A stretch of 64,000 nt of DNA from NCBI GenBank assembly GCA_016212705.1, contig JACREU010000070.1, positions 2,524-66,523 on the forward strand. The letters run 5' to 3'. Made by a program: the position numbers and the translations under genes. Origin of the DNA: Deltaproteobacteria bacterium. Lineage in GTDB: Bacteria; Desulfobacterota; GWC2-55-46. The notes below the pieces were generated by a model, which had not been told where the DNA came from, did not search any database, and saw nothing but the letters and a program-made list of their open reading frames with translations. Position 1 is the stretch's first letter, and every line of letters starts with the position of its first letter. Positions 18,499-28,641 of the stretch are shown one piece after another.

Positions 18499-18514
18499 TG
18501 GCACGGTTGTTGCT
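18499..18514 (+). promoter_or_regulatory. sigma-54 promoter upstream of the TPR-kinase-regulator operon
   Basis: TGGCACGGTTGTTGCT (GG-N10-GC), 37 nt upstream of ATG 18551. Confidence 0.6.
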
Positions 18515-18550
18515 ATATATCCAGGCAACTTAAAAGCAAGGCGGGTCAGG

Positions 18551-20590
18551 ATGAGGTTTGCTGTCATTTCAGCCGTGATGTTTGTACTCATTTTGCCGGC
18601 GTACGCGTACGCCGCGAGGAGTTTTATCATCGAGGCCGGAAAACCCAAGACTGTCTTCAAGATAATCCGGAAAAATTCGGAGACGAAGGCCGACTTGAGG
18701 CTCCCTTCCGACGGCTCCGCCCCGGCGGCCTTTAACGACGGCTGGAGGTGGGTATACAGGAAGAAGGTCACGACAATGCTCAAGGACCGCGATGATACGC
18801 TCGTCGGCACGGTGGTTGCGAAGGGACTCGGCATCGATTCGGCATTGAAGGGCGAGATAGTCAATCTGGCCCTCAACAGGGTAAACGAACTCAAGCTAAA
18901 GAGCGCGGCTCACGATGCGGAGCTTCTCGGCGCCATCATTTATTTTTACGACACAGGAGAAGCCCCCTCTGCCCTCGAAGAGGCGTTAAGGTCCGTAAAG
19001 GGCAGGGAATACGCCGGCATTGGAGAGTTCCTGCTCGCCGATTATAACGAGAGGAAGGGGTTTCATCCCGAGGCGTCAGGCTATTATTCGAGGCTTTCAA
19101 AGGGCCCGGACGACTCCTTCATAACAACCGCCGCCCGTTTCAGACGCGCCCGCCTCTACTTCTTTGAGGGGAAGTACGCCGAGGCCAAGGCGCTTTTCAA
19201 GTCCTTGATGGTCTCCGGCAACAAGGATTCGGCCCTCTGGCTCGCCAATACCTGCCTCGTTAAGGGCGAGTCAGATTACGCCATAAGGCTATATAAGGAG
19301 AACCGCGGCCTCGTCGAGGGCGCGGACCTCATAACGCAGATGAGTGTGGCCGACATGTACGCCCTTAACAACGAGTTCGAGAGCGCGAGAGCGGCGTACA
19401 CGGCCCTTAAGGCCAAGTTCCCTAAAGATGAATTCATAGAGGCCTTCTTCGCGCTCAAAATCGGGGACACGTACCTCCTTGAGGAGAAGTTCGAGGAGGC
19501 TGAGTCCGTCTACATGAAGACAAAGGCGAGGTACAACGGCGAGCCCTGGGCCATGGCGAGCCTCGCAATAGCCGACCTTTATAACCTTAGCGGCGAAAAG
19601 GAGACGATCGATAAGGCGATCCGCCTCTACGGCATAGTCGCCGGAGGCGGTTATCTCGGCTCCGAGATAACATATTTCAGCCTCATATCGGCCGGCATAA
19701 AGGCCGGCAGGTTCATTGATACAGTCGAACACCTCAAGAAATTTCCCCAGATGTATCCGACGAGCCCCTTAAGGATCGACCTCCCGAGGCTCTACGGCTC
19801 GCTCGTATACAGGTGGATAGACGCCTTATACAAGGACGGCGACTATCAGGGCGTGCTCAATAAACATTATGAGTACGGGGTCAATGTGCCTTTCGGAAAA
19901 AAGGGGGAGACGAACCTCAAATCGGGAAGGGCCGCCCTGGCGCTCGGGCTTTACTCTGAAGCCGCGGGTTTGCTTGACGCCGCCATAAAAGTCGGCGGGG
20001 AGACGGTCATACAGGAGGCGTCTGTCTCGCTCGGCAGAGTCTATATCGCGCAGAGCGACCCGGAGGCGGTCGAGAGGCTCATAAAATCCTTTTTAGCAAA
20101 GTACCCGAAGACGAGGCTCAAGGAAGACGTGGAGAGGCTCCTTTTCGAGGCGGCCTTCATAAAAGGGGATTTTAACGCAGTCGCGGCGTCCAAGGCCGTC
20201 CTCGACGCCCCCGCGCTTCTCCTTAAAAAGGCCTCTGCCTTGAGACACATCGAGAGGCACAGGGAGGCGGTTGAATTTTATACGAAGGCGGCCGCTGATT
20301 TAAGGGCCGTTGGAAACGCGAATCTTCTGCCTGAGGCGTACTCCGGGCTCGCGGATTCATATTTCAGCCTCGCCCGGTATAAGGAGGCGATAGGGGCTTA
20401 CAAGTCGGCGCTCGCGCTCGATGGTTTGAGCGACCAGGACAGGTCCTGGGCCCTCTACAGGATCTCCAGGGGGTACGGAAAGCTCAATGTGAAGGGCGAG
20501 AAAGAGTCGGCATTGAAGGAACTCGGCGGCATCAATAACGACATAGGCGGCTGGTCGGGGCCTGTTTTCAAGGAACCGGCGAGCCTTTAA
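18551..20590 (+). CDS. Secreted TPR-repeat protein
   Basis: Signal peptide MRFAVISAVMFVLILPAYAYA, followed by many TPR-like helices (GKYAEAKALFKSL, EKFEEAESVYMKT, ARYKEAIGAYKSAL). Confidence 0.7.
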   Translation: MRFAVISAVMFVLILPAYAYAARSFIIEAGKPKTVFKIIRKNSETKADLRLPSDGSAPAAFNDGWRWVYRKKVTTMLKDRDDTLVGTVVAKGLGIDSALKGEIVNLALNRVNELKLKSAAHDAELLGAIIYFYDTGEAPSALEEALRSVKGREYAGIGEFLLADYNERKGFHPEASGYYSRLSKGPDDSFITTAARFRRARLYFFEGKYAEAKALFKSLMVSGNKDSALWLANTCLVKGESDYAIRLYKENRGLVEGADLITQMSVADMYALNNEFESARAAYTALKAKFPKDEFIEAFFALKIGDTYLLEEKFEEAESVYMKTKARYNGEPWAMASLAIADLYNLSGEKETIDKAIRLYGIVAGGGYLGSEITYFSLISAGIKAGRFIDTVEHLKKFPQMYPTSPLRIDLPRLYGSLVYRWIDALYKDGDYQGVLNKHYEYGVNVPFGKKGETNLKSGRAALALGLYSEAAGLLDAAIKVGGETVIQEASVSLGRVYIAQSDPEAVERLIKSFLAKYPKTRLKEDVERLLFEAAFIKGDFNAVAASKAVLDAPALLLKKASALRHIERHREAVEFYTKAAADLRAVGNANLLPEAYSGLADSYFSLARYKEAIGAYKSALALDGLSDQDRSWALYRISRGYGKLNVKGEKESALKELGGINNDIGGWSGPVFKEPASL

Positions 20591-20603
20591 AGGAGGTTTT
20601 ACC

Positions 20604-21440
20604 ATGAGGGACCACTTAGAGATGGAGCTTCTAAACGACGCCTTCAATATATTCAGGGACGCCTCCTCAAAGCTCGAACAGCAGTACGCGTTGCTCGAGA
20701 GGAAGATCGAGGACATGAACGAGGAGCTCGCCGAGAAGAACAGGGCGATGGAAAGGAACCGGAGGCTCGCGGCGATGGGCGAGATGGCGGCGAAGATCGC
20801 ACACGAGATAAGGAACCCGCTCGGTTCGATGGCGATATTCGCCACCCTCCTCGAAAGGGAGCTCGCCCCGGAGCCTGACAAGAAAAAGCTCGCCGAGCAT
20901 ATTACAAAGGGTGTTAAGACGCTCGACAACCTGCTCTCCAATATGCTCCTCTTTGCCTCGAACCCCGGGGTCAGGGTCAAGCAGATCGACCTTAAGGACG
21001 CGATAGAGGACGCGCTTTCCATGACCATAGGGCATGAGAAGAAGGGCGTGAAGATAAAGACATACTTCGACGGTTCGACGCTCATCCTCGGCGACCTCGC
21101 GCAGTTAAGGCAATTGTTCCTGAACCTCTTTTTTAACGCGCTCGACGCGCTCGACGAGGACGGGACGCTCGTCATAAGGATAAGGCCCTCTGATGCCGAG
21201 CCCGGCATAACCGAGGTCGAGGTGAAGGACAACGGCAGGGGCATACCGGCGGAGTCACTCGACAGGATATTCGACCCGTTCTTTTCGACAAAGGAGCGGG
21301 GCACGGGGCTCGGGCTCGCGATAGTGTCGACGGTAGTCGCGGCGCACGAGGGTTTCATTGACGTAAGCTCAGAGGAGGGCAGGGGGACGAGGTTCGTCAT
21401 AAGCCTGCCGATGGCGGGGCCGGAAAAGGCGTTTTGTTAG
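20604..21440 (+). CDS. Cytoplasmic sensor histidine kinase lacking TM and PAS domains (FlgS/FlrB-like)
   Basis: A short coiled coil is followed by H-box AAKIAHEIRNPLGSM, N-box LFLNLFFNALDA, G1 DNGRGIP and G2 GTGLGLAIV. Confidence 0.85.
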   Translation: MRDHLEMELLNDAFNIFRDASSKLEQQYALLERKIEDMNEELAEKNRAMERNRRLAAMGEMAAKIAHEIRNPLGSMAIFATLLERELAPEPDKKKLAEHITKGVKTLDNLLSNMLLFASNPGVRVKQIDLKDAIEDALSMTIGHEKKGVKIKTYFDGSTLILGDLAQLRQLFLNLFFNALDALDEDGTLVIRIRPSDAEPGITEVEVKDNGRGIPAESLDRIFDPFFSTKERGTGLGLAIVSTVVAAHEGFIDVSSEEGRGTRFVISLPMAGPEKAFC

Positions 21441-21465
21441 CAGAAGGATCAAAAGAGGAGACCCG

Positions 21466-22833
21466 ATGGGCAGTATACTCGTAGTCGACGACGAAGCGGG
21501 GATGAGGATAGCCATTAAGGAGGCCCTGTCCAGAAAGGGGCACTCAGTCGAGGTAGCCATTGACGGCCATGAGGCGATAAGGAAGATAGCCTCGTCCGAG
21601 TACGAGATGGTCATAAGCGACATGAAGATGCCGGGCCCCGGCGGCATGGAGGTATTGCGCGAGGTTAAAAAGACCTCCCCCCATGTGCCGGTCCTGCTCA
21701 TAACCGCCTTCGGCACGATACAGAAGGCGGTGGAGGCGGTCAAAGAGGGCGCGGTCGACTTTATCATAAAGCCCTTTGAGCTCGACGCCCTCGAAGGGGC
21801 GGTCGAGAAGGCCCTGAAGGTGAATGGGGAGCTCGGCTCGTTCGAATCAAAAGGCAAGTCCATGCTCTCGAACGACCCTTCGATGAGAAAGCTCGTCTCA
21901 ATGGCGCTTGTGGCGGCTTCGAGCGACGCTACCGTCCTCGTCTCCGGCGAGTCCGGGACAGGCAAGGAACTGCTCGCGCGCTTCCTCCACGCGAATTCCC
22001 CGAGGGCTGATAATCCGTTTGTCGCCGTAAACTGCGCGTCGATCCCGGAAGGTCTCCTTGAGAGCGAGCTCTTCGGCCACGAGAAGGGCTCGTTTACCGG
22101 GGCGATACAGCAGAGGCACGGCAAGTTCGAGCAGGCGAATACCGGGACCATCCTGTTGGATGAGATAAGCGAGATGGACCTGAAGCTCCAGGCGAAGTTG
22201 CTCCGCGTCATCCAGGAAAAAGAGGTCGAGAGGCTCGGGGGCAAGACCTTGATACCGCTCGACATACGCATCATAGCGACCACTAACAGGGACATGAAGA
22301 AAGAGGTCCGGGAGGGGAGGTTCAGGGAAGACCTCCTCTACAGGCTCAATATCTTCCCGTTGGCTCTGCCGCCGCTCCGGGACCGAGGCGAGGACAGGCT
22401 CTTTCTCGCCGCGCACTTCCTGAAGAAGTTCAACCAGAAGTACTCGAAGCGCCTCGAAGAGATATCAAAGGAGGCCGCCTCCTATATAGAAAGGCACGAG
22501 TGGAGGGGGAACATCCGGGAGCTTGAGAACACGATGGAGAGGGCGGTGCTTCTCTCCCAGGGCAGGACGCTCCTTAAGGAACACCTTGTAATCGGGGACG
22601 ACGTCGAAGAAGAGACGGTCGTTGCGACGAAAGTATATGGACCCGTCGGAGAAACAATTGCCAGGGGCCGGAATGCCAATAATATGACGCTTTGGGAGAT
22701 GGAGAAGGGGCTTATATGTAAAACCCTTGACGACGTCGAGGGGAACAGGACTCAGGCCGCCAAGCGTCTCGGCATCTCCGTAAGGACCCTGAGGAATAAA
22801 CTCAAGGAATACGGGCAAAATCTGCCCGGGTAG
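21466..22833 (+). CDS. Sigma-54-dependent response regulator (FlgR/FlrC-like)
   Basis: REC domain (EMVISDMKMPGPGG), GESGTGKE, GSFTGA and C-terminal HTH AAKRLGISVRTLRNKLK. It is adjacent to the kinase and flgB. Confidence 0.9.
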   Translation: MGSILVVDDEAGMRIAIKEALSRKGHSVEVAIDGHEAIRKIASSEYEMVISDMKMPGPGGMEVLREVKKTSPHVPVLLITAFGTIQKAVEAVKEGAVDFIIKPFELDALEGAVEKALKVNGELGSFESKGKSMLSNDPSMRKLVSMALVAASSDATVLVSGESGTGKELLARFLHANSPRADNPFVAVNCASIPEGLLESELFGHEKGSFTGAIQQRHGKFEQANTGTILLDEISEMDLKLQAKLLRVIQEKEVERLGGKTLIPLDIRIIATTNRDMKKEVREGRFREDLLYRLNIFPLALPPLRDRGEDRLFLAAHFLKKFNQKYSKRLEEISKEAASYIERHEWRGNIRELENTMERAVLLSQGRTLLKEHLVIGDDVEEETVVATKVYGPVGETIARGRNANNMTLWEMEKGLICKTLDDVEGNRTQAAKRLGISVRTLRNKLKEYGQNLPG

Positions 22834-22889
22834 GAAGGTATTTCCCATTTAGCCCTTGCCGGGCCTGTTTCAGGCCAAGAATTGCCAGA

Positions 22890-22905
22890 TGGTACGGAAT
22901 TTGCA
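22890..22905 (+). promoter_or_regulatory. sigma-54 promoter of the flgB operon
   Basis: TGGTACGGAATTTGCA, 39 nt upstream of the flgB ATG. Confidence 0.7.
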
Positions 22906-22943
22906 CAATCCATACTCCAACGACGATTCAAGGAGGAAGGACA

Positions 22944-23357
22944 ATGCCAGACGGTATCTTCGATTCCACGATATCCCTACTCGGAAACACCCTCGACCTC
23001 CGTGCCGCGAGGCACAAGCTCCTCTCATCAAACATAGCCAACCAGGAGACCCCCGGTTACAGGGCGGTTGACATAAAATTCGAGGAAGAGTTGCAGAAGA
23101 GGGCCGGGAAGGGAGGGGATACGGAGGTCCTTACCCGCACAAGCCCCCTACATCTTAGCCCGGTCTCGGGCATAGGCTCGGAGCCCCGCGTCCTCGACAG
23201 GGCTACCGAGATAGAAGGCTACGACAGGAACTCGGTGGGGATCGAGGGCGAGATGGCGAAACTCTCCGAAAACTCTCTCATGTACACGATCTCATCGAAG
23301 ATGATAAGGAGCAAGTTCAATCTCCTCATGACGGCTATAAAGGAAGGGGGCAGGTAA
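22944..23357 (+). CDS. flgB: Flagellar basal-body rod protein FlgB
   Basis: Rod N-terminal motif LLSSNIANQETPGYRA, plus position. Confidence 0.9.
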   Translation: MPDGIFDSTISLLGNTLDLRAARHKLLSSNIANQETPGYRAVDIKFEEELQKRAGKGGDTEVLTRTSPLHLSPVSGIGSEPRVLDRATEIEGYDRNSVGIEGEMAKLSENSLMYTISSKMIRSKFNLLMTAIKEGGR

Positions 23358-23360
23358 TTT

Positions 23361-23780
23361 ATGGACCTTTTTTCAGTAAGTTCCTCAGGCATGGAGGCGC
23401 AGAGGGTGAGGATGAGCATCATCGCCTCGAACCTCGCTAACGTCGAAACGACACGGACCGCCGATGGCGGCGCGTACAGGAGGAAGGACATAGTATTTTC
23501 CGCCGAACAGGGCTTCGGCGGCTTCCTGCAAAACGCCGTCGACGCGCAGTCGCCAGGCGTAAAGGTAGCCGGTATAATAGAGGACAAGAGGCCCTTGAAG
23601 TACGCCTATGAGCCGTCGCACCCGGATGCGGATGAGAAGGGTTACGTCTCGTACCCGAACATAAACGTCGCCGAGGAGATGGTCAACATGATAACGGCGT
23701 CGCGGTCTTACGAGGCGAACGTCTCGGCCTTCAAGGCGACCAGAGACATGGCGATGAAGGCCCTCGAAATTGGCCAGTAA
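23361..23780 (+). CDS. flgC: Flagellar basal-body rod protein FlgC
   Basis: SNLANVETTRT..GGAYRRKD and C-terminal SRSYEANV..FK. Confidence 0.95.
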   Translation: MDLFSVSSSGMEAQRVRMSIIASNLANVETTRTADGGAYRRKDIVFSAEQGFGGFLQNAVDAQSPGVKVAGIIEDKRPLKYAYEPSHPDADEKGYVSYPNINVAEEMVNMITASRSYEANVSAFKATRDMAMKALEIGQ

Positions 23781-23798
23781 CGGATAAAGGAGACCCTT

Positions 23799-24098
23799 AT
23801 GATTGATTCGATAAAAGGCCCTCTGGGCGCAATGAAAGGCGCGGGCGTCAACCTCGACGCCGGGGCCGGGGCCGCCGGCGATACCTTCAGCACCGTCTTG
23901 AAGGATTCAATTGAGAAGGTCAATAAGCTCCAGACAGAGGCCGATCAGGCGATACAGGGCCTCGCCAAGGGGGATACCGGAAACATCCACGAGACGATGA
24001 TAGCCATAGAGAAGGCGAACCTCTCCTTCAACCTCATGGTACAGGTGAGAAACAAGCTCGTCGCCGCCTACGAGGAGATAATGAGGACACAGGTATAA
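23799..24098 (+). CDS. fliE: Flagellar hook-basal body complex protein FliE
   Basis: Size, position and C-terminal MIAIEKANLSFNLMVQVRNKLVAAYEEIMRTQV. Confidence 0.9.
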   Translation: MIDSIKGPLGAMKGAGVNLDAGAGAAGDTFSTVLKDSIEKVNKLQTEADQAIQGLAKGDTGNIHETMIAIEKANLSFNLMVQVRNKLVAAYEEIMRTQV

Positions 24099-24101
24099 CA
24101 G

Positions 24102-25685
24102 ATGATTAAAGGGATAAACGATCTCGTAAAAAACCTCGGAAAGACCACGGCGCTTTTGATAGGCGCCGGGGCCCTTGTCGTCTCCGCCATGATAGTATTC
24201 CTCCTCTTCAACAAGGGGCCTGAGTACAACGTCCTTTACTCCCATCTCTCGCCGGAGGATTCCGGCGCGGTGATAGAGAAGCTTAAGGAGATGAAGGTGG
24301 CGTACTCCGTTGACGGCACGACTATAAGCGTGCCCACGGACAAGGTACATGAGACGAGGATGGAGCTTGCCGGAGAGGGCCTGCCGCAGGGCGGCGGCGT
24401 GGGTTTCGAGATATTCGACAAGACCTCCTTCGGGGTGACCGACTTCGTCCAGAAGGTGAATTACAAGAGGGCGCTCCAGGGCGAGCTCGGCAGGACCATC
24501 TCACAGATAAAAGAGGTCGAGGCGGCCAGAGTCCACCTCGCGCTCCCTGAAAAAGGGGTCTTCCTGGATGAGCAGAAGAAGGCGCGGGCGTCCATCATAT
24601 TGAAGCTAAAGCCGGGTAAAACGCTCTCGCAGGGGCAGGTAAGCGCCATCGTCCATCTTGCCGCCAACAGCTTCGATAACTTAAGGCCAGAGGACGTCGC
24701 GGTAGTCGACACCACGGGCAAGATGTGGACAAAGGGCTCTGAGGAGGAAGGCGCGATGCACCTGTCCGCCTCAGAGCTCGAGTACAAGCGCTCTCTTGAA
24801 AGGGACCTTGAGACGAGGGTCCAGACGATGATTGAGAAGGCCGTCGGGCCGAACAAGGTCGTGGCGCGCGTCTCCGCGGAGGTCGACAACAAGAGGATCG
24901 AGCGCACCGAGGAGACGTATAACCCGGACGGGCAGGTCGTAAGGAGCGAGCACAGGAACAAGGAGAACTCGGTCGGAGGGGTCGCCGCGCTCGGGGTCCC
25001 GGGGGTCCTTTCAAACCTCCCGGAGACGGCCCAGGGCCAGGCGCGCGCTGAGGGCTCGCCTCCCCAGTCCAACAGGTCGGATGAGGTCATAAACTACGAG
25101 ATAAGCAAGGTCACAAGCCACGTCGTAGAGCCAGTGGGGACGGTAAAGAGGCTGACCGTAGCCGTGCTCGTCGACGGCAATTACGAGGTCTCGAAGGGCG
25201 CCGATGGAAAAGAGGAGAGGAAGTACAACGCGAGGACCGATGATGAGATAGCGAAGTTCACGGATATGATCAAGGGCGCCGTCGGGTTTTCGCAGGACAG
25301 GGGGGATTCCATTTCGGTCGTGTCGACCCCATTCGAGACTGAGTTCACCGAGGTCGAGCCTGAGAAACCGTCCGTCGCCCAGGTCTATATAATGCCGATG
25401 ATGCCGCTTATAATAAAGTACGCCTCTGTCGCCGTCATCGCCGTATTCCTGATAATCTTCATAATAAGGCCGCTTGTCAAGCGGGCAACCGAGGAAAAAG
25501 CGGCGCTCGAGGCGATACAGAGGTCGCTCCCTCAGGGGCTCGCCAAGGGGCTTACCGCTGGAGGCGAACACGCGCTGGAGTCCGGCGAGGACATGGAGTC
25601 GATGGGCAGGCTGAAGGACATCGTGAGGAACAACCCGCAACAGGTCGCGATGGTGTTGAAGGGCTGGATAAAGGAGAGACAGTAG
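24102..25685 (+). CDS. fliF: Flagellar MS-ring protein FliF
   Basis: N-terminal TM, YNVLYS.L...D...V...L, a LELEYKRSLE-like segment, a C-terminal TM and position. Confidence 0.95.
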   Translation: MIKGINDLVKNLGKTTALLIGAGALVVSAMIVFLLFNKGPEYNVLYSHLSPEDSGAVIEKLKEMKVAYSVDGTTISVPTDKVHETRMELAGEGLPQGGGVGFEIFDKTSFGVTDFVQKVNYKRALQGELGRTISQIKEVEAARVHLALPEKGVFLDEQKKARASIILKLKPGKTLSQGQVSAIVHLAANSFDNLRPEDVAVVDTTGKMWTKGSEEEGAMHLSASELEYKRSLERDLETRVQTMIEKAVGPNKVVARVSAEVDNKRIERTEETYNPDGQVVRSEHRNKENSVGGVAALGVPGVLSNLPETAQGQARAEGSPPQSNRSDEVINYEISKVTSHVVEPVGTVKRLTVAVLVDGNYEVSKGADGKEERKYNARTDDEIAKFTDMIKGAVGFSQDRGDSISVVSTPFETEFTEVEPEKPSVAQVYIMPMMPLIIKYASVAVIAVFLIIFIIRPLVKRATEEKAALEAIQRSLPQGLAKGLTAGGEHALESGEDMESMGRLKDIVRNNPQQVAMVLKGWIKERQ

Positions 25686-26702
25686 ATGGCGGCGAAAGAC
25701 CAGTCCAAGATTACCGGCCTCGAGAAGGCGGCGGTGCTCCTTATGAACCTGGGAGACGAGCTCGCGAGCGAGGTGATGAGGCACATGACCCCGGCCGAGA
25801 TGAAGCTTATCGGCGGGACGATCGTCAGGAAGGATTCGGTCTCCATCCAGACCGGCAAACAGGTGCTGAAGGAGTTCAGCGACATTATGGATAAGGGCGA
25901 CGTCGCGGTCGAGGGGCTAGAGTTCGCCAAAAGCGTGCTCATGAAGTCGCTCGGGGCGGATAAGGCCCAGTTCATCATCGACCAGATAACGAGGGACTTG
26001 GGCGGCGGAGGCGGCATAGAGTCGCTTAAGTGGATGGACCCGGCGATAATCGCCAACATCATAAAGTCCGAGCACCCGCAGATAGTCGCGCTGATACTCT
26101 CGCACCTCGACCCGGAAAAGGCGGCGCTGGTGCTACTCCATATGCCCGAGGAGAGGGTAAGGGGAGAGGTGATGCTGCGCGTCGCCAACTTGAAGAGGAT
26201 ACCGCAGGCCGCGGTAAAGGACCTCGAGCTCCTCATAAGCGAGCAGATGCTGAACGCCGACTCCTCGCAGGGCAGTGCCATAGAGGGCATAAAAGTCGCG
26301 GCGGAGATACTCAATCAGATAGAGTCCAAGGCCGAGGGCGACATAATGGACGTTATCGAGAAGGCGTCCCCGGACCTCGCGGTCAAGATTCAGCAGAAGA
26401 TGTTCGTATTCACCGACCTCCTCGGCATCGACCCGAGGGGCATGCAGATGATAATAAAGGAGCTCTCCACGGACCTCTTGAGCGTCGCCTTGAAGGGCGC
26501 TGACGAAGCCATGAGGGAGCAGTTCTTCAAGAACATGAGCGAGCGCGGGGCCGAGATGCTTAAAGAGGACATCGAGTCCAAGGGTCCGGTCAAGCTCTCG
26601 GACGTGGAGAAGACACAGCAGGAGATCATAAAGATAGCGAGGAGGCTCGAGCAGGAGGGCAAGATCGTAAGGGCCGGAAGGGGCGGGGATGTCATTGTCT
26701 AG
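25686..26702 (+). CDS. fliG: Flagellar motor switch protein FliG
   Basis: GLEKAAVLLMNLG, MFVFTDL and EDIESKGPVKLSDVE..QQEI. Confidence 0.95.
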   Translation: MAAKDQSKITGLEKAAVLLMNLGDELASEVMRHMTPAEMKLIGGTIVRKDSVSIQTGKQVLKEFSDIMDKGDVAVEGLEFAKSVLMKSLGADKAQFIIDQITRDLGGGGGIESLKWMDPAIIANIIKSEHPQIVALILSHLDPEKAALVLLHMPEERVRGEVMLRVANLKRIPQAAVKDLELLISEQMLNADSSQGSAIEGIKVAAEILNQIESKAEGDIMDVIEKASPDLAVKIQQKMFVFTDLLGIDPRGMQMIIKELSTDLLSVALKGADEAMREQFFKNMSERGAEMLKEDIESKGPVKLSDVEKTQQEIIKIARRLEQEGKIVRAGRGGDVIV

Positions 26703-27321
26703 GATATACAGGGAGACCGCGCATCCATCAGAGCCTTTCATACTCGAGGACCTGGGGCTCTCGCCCTCGCCGTTCGATGCGGGCATTGAGGCGGCCGGGG
26801 ATACGAACGTCGGCAACAACATCGAGGCCATGGAGCGGCAGGCCTACGAGAGGGGTTTCGCGGCCGGAGAGAAGGCAGGCTTCGAGTTCGGGAAACAGAA
26901 GGCCGAGGTCCTCTTTAACGGCATAGCCGGCCTTCTGGATGCGCTCTCCACTTTCAAGGAGACGCTCCATAAGCCTTGCGAGGACGAGATGGTCGATCTC
27001 TGTATCGCCATATCGCGAAAGGTCCTGCAGAGGGAATTGGAACTCAAGAGGGAAGGCATCGTCGAGTGCGTCAGGACGGCCCTTAAGTCCGTCGTAGCGG
27101 GCGGCGAGATAACGATAAAGGTAAACCCCAAGGACCAGGACATACTCCTCATGCACAAGGGGGAGCTCGCCAGGTACGGCGACGGGGTAAAGGGAGTAAA
27201 GGTCGAGGCCGACGAGTCGGTATCCAGGGGAGGGTGTTTCGTAGGCACCAACTTCGGAGAAATTGACGCGTCGATCGACTCGATAATGACTGAGATTGAG
27301 GAGAGGCTCAAGGGTGTGTGA
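26689..27321 (+). CDS. fliH: Flagellar assembly protein FliH
   Basis: AYERGFAAGEKAGFE and C-terminal GGCFVGTNFGEIDASI, plus position. Confidence 0.8.
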   Translation: MSLSRIYRETAHPSEPFILEDLGLSPSPFDAGIEAAGDTNVGNNIEAMERQAYERGFAAGEKAGFEFGKQKAEVLFNGIAGLLDALSTFKETLHKPCEDEMVDLCIAISRKVLQRELELKREGIVECVRTALKSVVAGGEITIKVNPKDQDILLMHKGELARYGDGVKGVKVEADESVSRGGCFVGTNFGEIDASIDSIMTEIEERLKGV

Positions 27322-28639
27322 ACCAGGCCGTATTTCTCTCAAACGCCATATAAAGGCGGTCGCTGAAGTCAACCCGATAAGGGTTAACGGCAGGATAACG
27401 AGGGTCGTGGGCCTCGTCATGGAAGGGCTCGGCCCCGGCGCGTCGGTAGGAGAGTTCTGCCACGTGTACCCCAAGGACAGCTCCGCGCCCATTCAGTGCG
27501 AGGTCGTCGGGTTTTCGGACGATAAGATACTGCTTATGCCGCTCGGCGAGGTCAGGGGCATAGGCCCCGGAAGCAGGATAGTCTCCAAGAGGCACAGCGC
27601 CGCGGTCGGCGTGGGAATGAAGCTCCTCGGGCGAACGCTCGACGGGCTCGGCAACTCCATAGACGGGCTCGGCCACGTCGAGATTGAAAAAGAATACCCG
27701 CTCCACGCGCAACCCCCGGCGCCGCTCCTTAGAAAAAGGATAGAGAAGCCGCTTAACGTCGGAATAAAGGCGATAAACGGGCTCCTTACCGTCGGCAAGG
27801 GGCAGAGGGTGGGCATATTCGCCGGCAGCGGCGTAGGCAAATCCGTCCTCCTCGGCATGATGGCCCGCAACACAGAGGCCGACGTCAACGTCATAGGCCT
27901 CATAGGGGAGCGCGGACGCGAGGTAAAGGAGTTCATAGAAAAGGACCTGGGGACCGAGGGGCTAAAGAGATCGGTCCTCGTGGTCGCGACTTCGGACCAG
28001 CCGCCGCTCATTAGGATGAGGGCGTCTTTAATGGCTACGGCCATAGCCGAGTACTTCAGGGACCAGGGCAAGGACGTCCTCCTGATGATGGACTCCATAT
28101 CGAGGTTCGCGATGGCGCAAAGGGAGGTCGGCTTAGCCGTCGGCGAGCCCCCGGCTACAAAGGGTTATCCGCCGTCGGTATTCGCCATGCTCCCGAGGTT
28201 GCTTGAGAGGGCCGGGACCTCGAGGGGGGCAGGCTCCATTACCGGCTTCTACACGATACTCGCAGAGGGAGACGACGTGAACGACCCGGTCGCCGACGCG
28301 GCGCGCGCCATACTCGACGGGCATATCGTGCTTACGAGGGAGCTCGCGGCCCAGGGCCATTACCCGGCCATAGACATACTCACGTCCATAAGCAGGGTCA
28401 TGATGGACGTCGTCTCGCCCGAGCACAGGGATTTCGCGCTCAAGGTCAAGGCGGTCGTCGCCACATATAAGAAGGCCTACGACCTCATAAGCATAGGCGC
28501 GTACAAGGACGGGAGCGACCCGAAGGTCGACCACTCTATAAAGGTCATAGACAGGGTCAACGCCTTCCTACGTCAGGACATAGGCGAGCGCGCAGGGTTT
28601 GACAACTGCCTGCAAGCGCTCTTCGGGCTCGGCGTATAG
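27296..28639 (+). CDS. fliI: Flagellum-specific ATPase FliI
   Basis: Walker A GSGVGKS and Walker B LLMMDS; F1/T3SS ATPase fold. The track start is a TTG, and GTG 27314 is an alternative. Confidence 0.95.
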   Translation: MRRGSRVCEPGRISLKRHIKAVAEVNPIRVNGRITRVVGLVMEGLGPGASVGEFCHVYPKDSSAPIQCEVVGFSDDKILLMPLGEVRGIGPGSRIVSKRHSAAVGVGMKLLGRTLDGLGNSIDGLGHVEIEKEYPLHAQPPAPLLRKRIEKPLNVGIKAINGLLTVGKGQRVGIFAGSGVGKSVLLGMMARNTEADVNVIGLIGERGREVKEFIEKDLGTEGLKRSVLVVATSDQPPLIRMRASLMATAIAEYFRDQGKDVLLMMDSISRFAMAQREVGLAVGEPPATKGYPPSVFAMLPRLLERAGTSRGAGSITGFYTILAEGDDVNDPVADAARAILDGHIVLTRELAAQGHYPAIDILTSISRVMMDVVSPEHRDFALKVKAVVATYKKAYDLISIGAYKDGSDPKVDHSIKVIDRVNAFLRQDIGERAGFDNCLQALFGLGV

Positions 28640-28641
28640 CG

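Noticed and set aside
22856-23071. 71-aa ORF spanning the flgB promoter and 5' end.
   Set aside because: It overlaps the sigma-54 promoter and the flgB coding frame and has no independent support.
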